Assembly: GCA_016649835.1 (NCBI GenBank)
Contig: JAENWX010000002.1
Coordinates: forward strand, 1-41,801
Direction of reading: 5' to 3'
DNA from: Minisyncoccota bacterium
GTDB taxonomy: Bacteria; Patescibacteriota; Minisyncoccia; Phycocordibacterales; UBA9973
DNA length: 41,801 nucleotides
Position numbers and translations under genes: made by a program. Positions 23,078-30,868 of this stretch are shown piece by piece (positions within the stretch are counted from its first letter, which is position 1; the number at the start of each line of letters is the position of its first letter). Below the pieces are notes generated by a model. That model worked only from the letters and a program-made list of their open reading frames with translations, ran no database searches and was not told the DNA's origin.

Positions 23078-25543
23078 TTACCAAATATTAAGGATTTTTT
23101 CGTATTCCTTTATATTTGTTATATGGGTCCAAGTACAGCCAGTATTATTAAGATCTGAACCATAAGTTTCACAACTAACTTGTGTTTTTTGAGCAGGACA
23201 ATCGGTCTTGTATGTTCCTGAGCCAAAAATACTAATAGCAGCAGTATGTTCACCGTCACCAGTACATGTGCTGATACCTGTTTTAACATCATTCTCAATA
23301 TAAGAACCTCTATCCTCATATTTATACCAAGGGTTACCAAATCTTAATGTTGGTCCTGTATACCCAGGGTTTTTAGCACCTGTTTTTGTAACAGTTTGCG
23401 CATAGCATTGGTTTGTAAGGTCGTCTACCGCCCCAATAAAAGTTTTATAGGTTTCAATTTCTCTATAGGCTAAGGTTATATCAGCTTCTGTTTTAAGAGT
23501 TGGTGCTATGATATAAAATTTACGTAGAAGCTCTGCAAGTTTTGCTTGTTCTACTTCATTGAAAGTTAGAGGATTTTGCTCTATATATAAACATTTGTTT
23601 TCTTCATAAACTACTGGAGTTATAGGAAAGCTTAATTCAGAATAATGATTTGGCACATAGGCTTTGTTTAAATCACCGTCCATATGACATTCTGGGTCAA
23701 AGTTATCTATTTTACCATCATTATCATTGTCAAAAGCATCGTTACATTGATACAGGGTTACGGGAGAAGTAGACTCAGAGTCGTGGTCGGGTACATACTC
23801 ATTATTTATGTTTCCATCATAGTGACAGTTTGGATCTAGTTCATCTATTTTACCATCAGTGTCGTTGTCTTTAGAGTCAGAACATTGTTTTTGTCCATCA
23901 GGTGGATTAATAGAATCTTTTACTGTAAATGTTGTCCATGCTCCGCAGTTATTATTTTCATTAATTTCAGTTATTGTACCAGCATCTCCTCCTGTTTTTT
24001 TATCAGCACAAGCTCTTATATAATACGTACCAGACTTTGTAAAAGTATGAGTTGCCTTTGCGGTGCTACTAGTTCCTGGAGATAATGCTAGTGTGTCAAC
24101 TACTAATTCGATATTATTTGCAGCGTCTGTTTGAGCTTCATCTGGACTGGTTTCTGTAATTGTAAAAAAACTAGAAAAACCAGAAACAGTTGAACCTTCA
24201 CCATCATTTCGGATTAAAGAGTTAAGTATTGTGGCTGTGTCTATAAGAGTGCTTGAAGGAGTAACAAATCCAGCTACTAAATCTGGCTCACCACTAGTAA
24301 TAATAATTGATTCAGAAAAATGATTTGCTATATAAGCTTTATTTAAATCTCCCCCTATGTGGCAAGCAGAATCTTGTTCGTCAGTAGTTGTATCTCCGTC
24401 GTTGTCTATGCCGTCACTACACTCTGGACTTATTCCAATATTTCCAACTCTGACAAAAACATTACCACTACCAAATCCTATATTACCAAGACAAGTAACT
24501 GCATATGATTTACTAAGAGTAAGGGTTCCAGTGTTAAAGGAGCCACTTGTTTCTGTGCTGTTTCCTGCTCCAGCATTACATGAAGTTGTGTTTACTGAAG
24601 TCCAACTAACAGTAGAAGATGCCCCAGATGCGATAGATGAAGGACTAGCTGTAACAGTAACAGAGGGGAAAAGGTTGGTGCCTCCCCTGACAACAACATA
24701 AGCATTGTCGCTACTTGAACCGTTCTCTCCTGTACAAATAATGGTATATGAGCTGCTATCTGTAAGTGCGCCTGTTTCAAATGAACCAGTTGTGCCTATC
24801 TCTACGCCGTCACCTTTATTACATGATGTTGTATTTTCTGAAGACCAACTAATAGTAGAAAATTCTCCAGGTCCTATTAAAGAAGGACTAGCTGTAACAG
24901 TAACTGAAGGGAAAAGATTTATTCCACTAGTACAATCTGGAGGGTTTGTTGCTCCGTTTAGGCAAGAGCCACTTGGGAGAGTCCATGTATTGGTAATAGG
25001 ATCAAAAAACCAACCCTCTCCTGGAGGAGGAGTCCAAGTGTTAGTAGTAGAGTCAAAAACCCAACCCTCTCCTGAAGGAGGAGTCCAAGTGTTGGTAATA
25101 GGATCAAAAATCCATCCTTCTCCTGGGGATTGTGGGGTTGTTTTAATATTGAAAACATCATTTATAAAACCAGAAAATGAATCCCAAAAAGTATTTGTTC
25201 CTCCGTCGTTAATCATAAATTCTCCAAGTTCACCGCTTTGTATGTCTTGATTGGCAAAACCAAAGTCGGCACTATCTGATTTCCTATAAATAGGATTGCC
25301 ATTCGCGTCTGTGCCAGAAAAGACTACTCCATCCCCTTTTTTCAAATCCCCGTCAGATAAACCTACTGTTAATTTTGCATTACTTGATGGAGTTAATGGA
25401 CTAAAAAGTTTAGCAATGCTTGTTGAAGTTTTAACACCAAAAGAATCTCTATTTTTATAGATTAAATAGCCGGCTATTATAAGTAAAACAACAACAATTA
25501 ATGTTATTATTAGCGCTTTACTTTTTTTAGGTTTATTTTCCAT
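23078..25543 (-). CDS. Giant membrane-anchored surface protein (adhesin-like)
   Basis: N-terminal TM. 3x GEGW(I/V/F)FD..TNTWTPP repeats (24971-25129). 2x ~78-aa Ig-like repeats NLFPSVTVTASPS... (24446-24922). CARDB-like domain ending ITEINENNN. 3x C-x-D-x-x-D-N-D-x-D-G...D-P-x-C-H...Y(V/I)xxH modules. Confidence 0.7.
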   Translation of the reverse strand: MENKPKKSKALIITLIVVVLLIIAGYLIYKNRDSFGVKTSTSIAKLFSPLTPSSNAKLTVGLSDGDLKKGDGVVFSGTDANGNPIYRKSDSADFGFANQDIQSGELGEFMINDGGTNTFWDSFSGFINDVFNIKTTPQSPGEGWIFDPITNTWTPPSGEGWVFDSTTNTWTPPPGEGWFFDPITNTWTLPSGSCLNGATNPPDCTSGINLFPSVTVTASPSLIGPGEFSTISWSSENTTSCNKGDGVEIGTTGSFETGALTDSSSYTIICTGENGSSSDNAYVVVRGGTNLFPSVTVTASPSSIASGASSTVSWTSVNTTSCNAGAGNSTETSGSFNTGTLTLSKSYAVTCLGNIGFGSGNVFVRVGNIGISPECSDGIDNDGDTTTDEQDSACHIGGDLNKAYIANHFSESIIITSGEPDLVAGFVTPSSTLIDTATILNSLIRNDGEGSTVSGFSSFFTITETSPDEAQTDAANNIELVVDTLALSPGTSSTAKATHTFTKSGTYYIRACADKKTGGDAGTITEINENNNCGAWTTFTVKDSINPPDGQKQCSDSKDNDTDGKIDELDPNCHYDGNINNEYVPDHDSESTSPVTLYQCNDAFDNDNDGKIDNFDPECHMDGDLNKAYVPNHYSELSFPITPVVYEENKCLYIEQNPLTFNEVEQAKLAELLRKFYIIAPTLKTEADITLAYREIETYKTFIGAVDDLTNQCYAQTVTKTGAKNPGYTGPTLRFGNPWYKYEDRGSYIENDVKTGISTCTGDGEHTAAISIFGSGTYKTDCPAQKTQVSCETYGSDLNNTGCTWTHITNIKEYEKILNIW

Positions 25544-25578
25544 ATAATATTTATTCTTTAATAATCAATTACTTGTAT

Positions 25579-28485
25579 TTATTTACAATCCGGGTCTAGT
25601 TTGTCTATTAATCCATCCAAATCATTATCTATGTTGTCAAAACATCTCTTTGATTCATCTCCTCCCGTATCGTTCATTATATCTGACGCATCATAGTAAA
25701 ATATATCTTCTTCTTCAAAACACTCTGCATATTTTGTTTTGTATTGTGTGACAGTTAGTACTCCCCCTGCTTCTTGGATACAACTATTGTATTCTGATAA
25801 ACATTGAGCTGTAGGAATAGAACTATTATTACAATCTATCTGAGAATTTTTACAAGTAGATACTTGTAGGTTGTGTAATTCATTTATTTGAGTCAAGAGT
25901 CTTGCGTCACGGCGGGCTTGAGCAGCCTTTATTATTTTACTGACTTCACTTTTAATAGCGTTTAGCTTAAGAGTGTTTGATTCAGCAAGAATTATATTAG
26001 CGCGATAGTCTTCTATTGCATCAAGAGTGTCTTCGTTGTAATTTATAATATCTTTTGTAAAACTATATCCATCATTTACCATAGGCAAATAATCCTTGTT
26101 TGCTACTAGTTCTGGTCTGTTTTCTATTTCTTTGAATTCAGACTGCATTGTTTTATAAACACCATTGAAAACAGTTGTCGCATATTCTTCAAAAAATACT
26201 CTAGTGTCATTTTGAATAGAATTTACAAGGTCGTCAATTAGTTTGGATGCTTTATCTTCTGACCTATCTTTTTTTACCTTTCCAACATTACCTAAAGTTT
26301 GTAAAGCTTTCCAAGGCATGGAGTTTTGAATAGCAGACCAAAGAGTGTTTGACCATGGAACAGGATTTTGTTTTAACCATATATTTTGAGGTCTCATAAA
26401 TATATTTCGGTAATCATCATAAGCATATTGACCTGGTTCTGCAATTGAGAAAGTACTGGTATCTCTTTTGAATAAAGAACCTTCTTTATATGAAGACTGT
26501 AGAGATCCAGCATAGTCGTTGAATAAAGCAGCGGTGTCTCCGCTATTTGCTGCAAAATATGGATTTGGTCCTGGTATACAGTAGTCTAACTCTCCTAGTT
26601 TTGGCATTATACTAGGTAGTATTTTTAGAATTTCTTTTGCTGAAACCACATAATCTTTTTGGTTTTGTATGACACCTCTAATTGCAATAGGACTAGCAAC
26701 TCCTTTTTTCCAGTTTTGCCATTCTTGACCATTCCAATATGCCCTGTCTCCAACTGCCCAGCCGGAGTATCCATTATTGAAAAGTTTTGTATCCCCTCCG
26801 CGTGACACGGTATAGTATGATTGAGTACAATATCCAGTACATTTTTTATCATACGGAGCAAGTCCAACATGAAGCTCTGGAATATTGGTGCTAGCATTCC
26901 AACTGCCAAGATTTATAGTATCGCTGTGGTCAAATGTATTTCCTAAGTCACGAGTAAGGTCAAATTCTGCATTTATGTATCCTTCAGAGTCAGAACCGTA
27001 GTCGAAATTACCATCATATCCAACTCCAATATTGGAGCCATAACCGCCAGCTCCCATGTTGTCGTTTCCGTTATAAGAATATCCTTCTTGTGAAAGACCA
27101 AAAAGCCCTTCATTTCTGAAATTTTCTATAAGAGAAGTAAACAAACTATTTAGTGATTTATTTATAGTGTCAGCAAGCTCAAGTTGGCGCTCTGGTGAGT
27201 TTATGTAAGTAGAAAGTTTATCTTTAATAATACTTCCAGGGGTCACTACGTTCCAACTACCTGGTACACAAACATCAAAGTCGCTAGTTTTTGTTTTGCT
27301 ATATTTGTTTTTGTCTGAAGTAGCAGTGTCAAAAGCATATTTGGGACTTACTGCGGGCTTTCCTTCTTTCTCGTATACTTGCCATTTTGTACATGTCTTC
27401 TGGCTCAGAAAACCGTTGTTTTGAGCAAGTTCTTCTTTGGTCTCGTTTGCTTGGCGGTTTATATTGTCGGCTATTCTTTGGGTTGCGAGCATTGTAAATC
27501 CAAGAGGATTGTTTGCTTCTCTTTGTGTTAATGCCATATATCCATCCCAACCACCACAAGAAAAATCATTGGCAAAACAGTCGTTTGCATCTTGAGCTCT
27601 TTGTTTGGCAGTTCTTTCTTTTGATTCAATACTAGAACCTATTCCAAGAGAAACAGGGTCTGTAATAAAAGCAGCTAAATCAGAAGTAAGATTACCCAAA
27701 AAGTTATTAGCTCCGTTGTCTATACCACCGGATCTAGACTGTCGGACTAAAGACATAGAGAAGTCACTACCATAAGGAAAGGCTCCATAAGCAAGCTGTT
27801 CCACTCCTCTTTCTAAAACATTTTTACCAATACTATTTGTAAGAGATGTAATATTTTGAACGTAAAGTGGATTTCCGTTGAAACCACTGTTGACCCAGTT
27901 GATAGTCTGGCGAGTCATTGAGGTTAGTTGGTTTTTAGCCAGAGTATAAGCTAGTCCGTTGAAGCACTTTTCTCTTTCTTCTGCAGCTTCTAATTTTTTA
28001 TTGGTTTCTTTTTGTTGTTCTTCTGTTTTAGGGGCATCTGTTGTCTGAACTGGATCACAATTTATAGCTTCATTAGCTGCAGGAGCAAAATTTGTACCAA
28101 CTTTATCCACAAAAGCAAGAGCTTGGACTACTGTGGTTTTCACCGCCGTACACATAGTCCTTTTTGCATCATCTCTTGCTCTCCCTTTCCAAATTTTCTG
28201 AATCTCTTTACTCGCTTGGTTTTTAAGAAAATCTGTTGTAACAATAGTTAATTTGTCTACAAGGCCGGTACATCCAACAACCTTCATCATTGTTTGAGAA
28301 TTTAAAAGGGCGTCAGTATTTATTTTATAAGGATTTTTTGAGTTACTGTTTGGGTTGTCCCAATTTAAACCACCACTAACAGCAGATGCGGTAGTGGGTA
28401 AAATAAATTGCGAAAAAGTTACAAATAATGAAAAAACAAAAATTGCTGAAATTATTTTTGACACAATTTGTTTTTTATCTTTCAT
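25579..28485 (-). CDS. Giant secreted/surface hypothetical protein ending in the same CxDxxDNDxDG module
   Basis: 968 aa; N-terminal signal/anchor; C-terminal RCFDNIDNDLDGLIDKLDPDCK; no other recognisable domain. Confidence 0.65.
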   Translation of the reverse strand: MKDKKQIVSKIISAIFVFSLFVTFSQFILPTTASAVSGGLNWDNPNSNSKNPYKINTDALLNSQTMMKVVGCTGLVDKLTIVTTDFLKNQASKEIQKIWKGRARDDAKRTMCTAVKTTVVQALAFVDKVGTNFAPAANEAINCDPVQTTDAPKTEEQQKETNKKLEAAEEREKCFNGLAYTLAKNQLTSMTRQTINWVNSGFNGNPLYVQNITSLTNSIGKNVLERGVEQLAYGAFPYGSDFSMSLVRQSRSGGIDNGANNFLGNLTSDLAAFITDPVSLGIGSSIESKERTAKQRAQDANDCFANDFSCGGWDGYMALTQREANNPLGFTMLATQRIADNINRQANETKEELAQNNGFLSQKTCTKWQVYEKEGKPAVSPKYAFDTATSDKNKYSKTKTSDFDVCVPGSWNVVTPGSIIKDKLSTYINSPERQLELADTINKSLNSLFTSLIENFRNEGLFGLSQEGYSYNGNDNMGAGGYGSNIGVGYDGNFDYGSDSEGYINAEFDLTRDLGNTFDHSDTINLGSWNASTNIPELHVGLAPYDKKCTGYCTQSYYTVSRGGDTKLFNNGYSGWAVGDRAYWNGQEWQNWKKGVASPIAIRGVIQNQKDYVVSAKEILKILPSIMPKLGELDYCIPGPNPYFAANSGDTAALFNDYAGSLQSSYKEGSLFKRDTSTFSIAEPGQYAYDDYRNIFMRPQNIWLKQNPVPWSNTLWSAIQNSMPWKALQTLGNVGKVKKDRSEDKASKLIDDLVNSIQNDTRVFFEEYATTVFNGVYKTMQSEFKEIENRPELVANKDYLPMVNDGYSFTKDIINYNEDTLDAIEDYRANIILAESNTLKLNAIKSEVSKIIKAAQARRDARLLTQINELHNLQVSTCKNSQIDCNNSSIPTAQCLSEYNSCIQEAGGVLTVTQYKTKYAECFEEEDIFYYDASDIMNDTGGDESKRCFDNIDNDLDGLIDKLDPDCK

Positions 28486-28520
28486 AAATAATTACTTATA
28501 GTATATCACCTTATTATTGT

Positions 28521-29405
28521 TTATTGCAAAATTTCATTAAGTATTTCAAAGTCTGAACCAATGGCGTCTGTGTATTTTTTATAATTAAGAAGGGCTCTCA
28601 TTCCAATAATTGGATCTGTGATAATTTGAGTTAGTCCTTCTACAGATTGAGCTACTTTTTCATAGTTGTTTGATAGGCTCATATGGGAAAGAGCTGCAGA
28701 GCTTGGTACGGGTATAGATATTAACTCTCTTCCAAATAGTCTATATGCTGTCGCTACTGTTCTTGCTGCATATAATGCTTGGGGGTCTTGGTCTACTATT
28801 CCCTGAGAAACAAGAGTTAGCTCACTACCTAGGTCGCTGTCTTGATATTTTTCTAGAAGACCAATAAAAGCAAAAAAATATTCAGTATCTGATTCGTCAG
28901 AGTCTTTTTGGATATTTAACATGTCTCTTGTATAAACATCTGGAATATTTGTAGGTTTTATGGTCTGTCCAATAGAACTAGAAATAGAATTAATAGCCTC
29001 GTCGTCTAGCTGGCCTGTTTGCTGTAAGGACATGATTGTTGCAAAAAACTGACGAGAGAGTAGGTCATTTTCTGTTATGGCCTTAGAATCATCAGAAATT
29101 GTTATAATTCCATTTTGTTCTAAGGTTTTTTTCTTGGCTAGGATGAATTCTTTATTTTCTGGCCCATTTTCAAAAGGGTCAAGACCCCAAATGCGCTCTT
29201 CCCAGTCACTGATGCCGTTTTTGTTGCCATCTTCTTGAAGAAGAGTCTCAATAGTTAGTTCAATTGGCTTATCTTTAGAACCATCTTTGTCTGAAAAAAA
29301 AGTGATGGCTCCTTTTATAGTAAAAAAAAGAAGTATTATTACTAAGATAAATAAAACAATTGTTATAAATTTTTTACTTGGAAGATAATTTTTAAAATTA
29401 TTCAT
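28521..29405 (-). CDS. Membrane-anchored hypothetical protein with a thrombospondin-type-3-like Ca-binding motif
   Basis: N-terminal TM; DGNKNGISDWEERIWGLDP. Confidence 0.6.
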   Translation of the reverse strand: MNNFKNYLPSKKFITIVLFILVIILLFFTIKGAITFFSDKDGSKDKPIELTIETLLQEDGNKNGISDWEERIWGLDPFENGPENKEFILAKKKTLEQNGIITISDDSKAITENDLLSRQFFATIMSLQQTGQLDDEAINSISSSIGQTIKPTNIPDVYTRDMLNIQKDSDESDTEYFFAFIGLLEKYQDSDLGSELTLVSQGIVDQDPQALYAARTVATAYRLFGRELISIPVPSSAALSHMSLSNNYEKVAQSVEGLTQIITDPIIGMRALLNYKKYTDAIGSDFEILNEILQ

Positions 29406-29492
29406 ATGGTTGGTGCCAATAAAAAATTAAAGGCACTGTTTAAATTACAGGAATATTACAAGTATAATTATATAACTTATTTTTTAAATATC

Positions 29493-30374
29493 CTAGTCTT
29501 TTTTAAATAAAAATTCAGATATTTTAATCCAATTATCAAATTTTATATCCTCCGCTCTGGCCTTAGGGTCAATCTTTAGTTTTTCAAAAATATTATCAAT
29601 TTGGAGGGGTGTTTTTTGTAAAATTTCTAAATTTTTACGAAGAACTTTTCTTTTGTGAGCAAAACCAGATTTAACAACACTAAAAAAATTATTTTCACTT
29701 ACTTCTCCTATAAAATTATTTTTAGAAATATCGTATATTGCAATAATTGCGGAATCCACCTTGGGTGCTGGGCTAAAAAACCTCTTTGCCACTTTCATTA
29801 TATATTTAGGTGTTCCGTATGCTTTGACGCTCAAGGAAAGAATGCTTTCTTTTCCGGCACCAGTTCCTCCTTTGGCAGGTTTGGCAACAATACGCTCAGC
29901 AACTTCTTTTTGAACAAGCAAGACCATTGTTTTGGGTTGGTCTTGTGAAGATAAAAATTTTTTAAAAATTGCTCCGGTAATATTGTAAGGTATGTTTGCA
30001 ATTATTTTATAGTCTCCTTTTTTTAGATTATAATCTTTTACATTAATTTCTAAAATATCTTCATTTATGATTTCAAATTTTCCAGACTTTATTTCATCTG
30101 CAAATTTTTCTTTTAAAAATTCAAAAAGTTCTCTATCTTTTTCTACCGCCAAAACTTTTTTTGAAATAGCTAGAAGCTTGGTTGTAAGAGCTCCCTTGCC
30201 AGGTCCTATTTCTAAAATAATATCTTTATCGTTGACCTCTCCCGCCTCACACATTTTTTTTAATGCAGGTTCTGATTTTAGAAAATTTTGTCCTAAAGAC
30301 TTTTTAGCACGAAAAGAAGAAGTCTCGTTGTGAAACTTTTTTATTTCAAATGACTTTTTTTCTTTGTGAAACAT
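29493..30374 (-). CDS. rsmA: 16S rRNA (adenine1518/1519-N6)-dimethyltransferase RsmA/KsgA
   Basis: SLGQNFL, EIGPGKGALT, ANIPYNIT motifs. Confidence 0.92.
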   Translation of the reverse strand: MFHKEKKSFEIKKFHNETSSFRAKKSLGQNFLKSEPALKKMCEAGEVNDKDIILEIGPGKGALTTKLLAISKKVLAVEKDRELFEFLKEKFADEIKSGKFEIINEDILEINVKDYNLKKGDYKIIANIPYNITGAIFKKFLSSQDQPKTMVLLVQKEVAERIVAKPAKGGTGAGKESILSLSVKAYGTPKYIMKVAKRFFSPAPKVDSAIIAIYDISKNNFIGEVSENNFFSVVKSGFAHKRKVLRKNLEILQKTPLQIDNIFEKLKIDPKARAEDIKFDNWIKISEFLFKKD

Positions 30375-30380
30375 ATAAAT

Positions 30381-30389
30381 ATAATAGCA
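30381..30389 (-). promoter_or_regulatory. Extended -10 box TGCTATTAT, 6 nt upstream of the rsmA ATG
   Basis: Gene-sense GTGCTATTAT-ATTTAT-ATG. Confidence 0.55.
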
Positions 30390-30431
30390 CTAATTGTAAG
30401 GAGATAAAATATAAAGTTACTTTTGTAAATG

Positions 30432-30544
30432 TTGGTTTTTAAATAGCTCTTCCCAAGGGGTACGGATATTTTTCTGCTGAAAAATTCCTCGTGCTCGGCT
30501 CGACAGCCTCCCAAGTCCCCTTGATAAGACTATTTAAAAACCAA
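30432..30544 (-). repeat. Family B structured element (inverted relative to the copy at 1200)
   Basis: Reverse complement reads AAATAGTCTTATCAAGGGGACTTGGGAGGCTGTCGAGCCGAGCACGAGGAATTTTTCAGCAGAAAAATATCCGTACCCCTTGGGAAGAGCTATTT. Confidence 0.85.
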
Positions 30545-30616
30545 CTATAGCTTATAATTAAATATCGGTAAATTTTTTACAAACAAATTTAATACTTTAA
30601 AGAATCTATACCAGAG

Positions 30617-30701
30617 AAAATCTTTTCAATAAAAAATGTCTGGCCGAGCTTCCTAAGGAATTAGGCGAGGAGATCCGAGGACTTTTTTATTGATAAGATT
30701 T
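30617..30701. repeat. Family B-related hairpin element (variant)
   Basis: Arms AAAATCTTTTCAATAAAAAATGTC / GACTTTTTTATTGATAAGATTT; shares TCTTATCAA with family B arms; inner CCTAA-GGAA-TTAGG hairpin. Confidence 0.65.
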
Positions 30702-30720
30702 ACGGAGGTATTATAAATAT

Positions 30721-30839
30721 AAATTAAAATGCAAATAGTCTTTGAAAAATACATTTCGGAGGCTGTCGAGCCGAGAATAACAAATTTTCAGCAGAAAATT
30801 ATGTGCGTATTTTAAGAAGAGCTATTTGCATTTTAATTT
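30721..30839 (+). repeat. Family B structured element
   Basis: Arms AAATTAAAATGCAAATAGTCTT / AAGAGCTATTTGCATTTTAATTT; inner hairpins GGCT-GTCG-AGCC (30761-30772) and AATTTTC-AGCA-GAAAATT. Confidence 0.85.
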
Positions 30840-30868
30840 TTATTTAATTATAAGGGTCTATAAATTTT

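Noticed and set aside
24357-25250. Long ORFs antisense to the 821-aa surface protein (24357-24701, 24705-25250, and same-strand alternate-frame ORFs 24592-24780 and 24958-25161)
   Set aside because: They lie entirely inside a much longer ORF with clear domain repeats. Their products are low-complexity mirror images of the Gly/Ser/Thr/Pro-rich repeats. No start context.
11499-29405. Integrative conjugative element or prophage interpretation of the large cluster
   Set aside because: No integrase, relaxase, coupling protein, phage structural genes, flanking tRNA or direct repeats are visible, and composition resembles neighbouring core genes. Components outside the window cannot be excluded.
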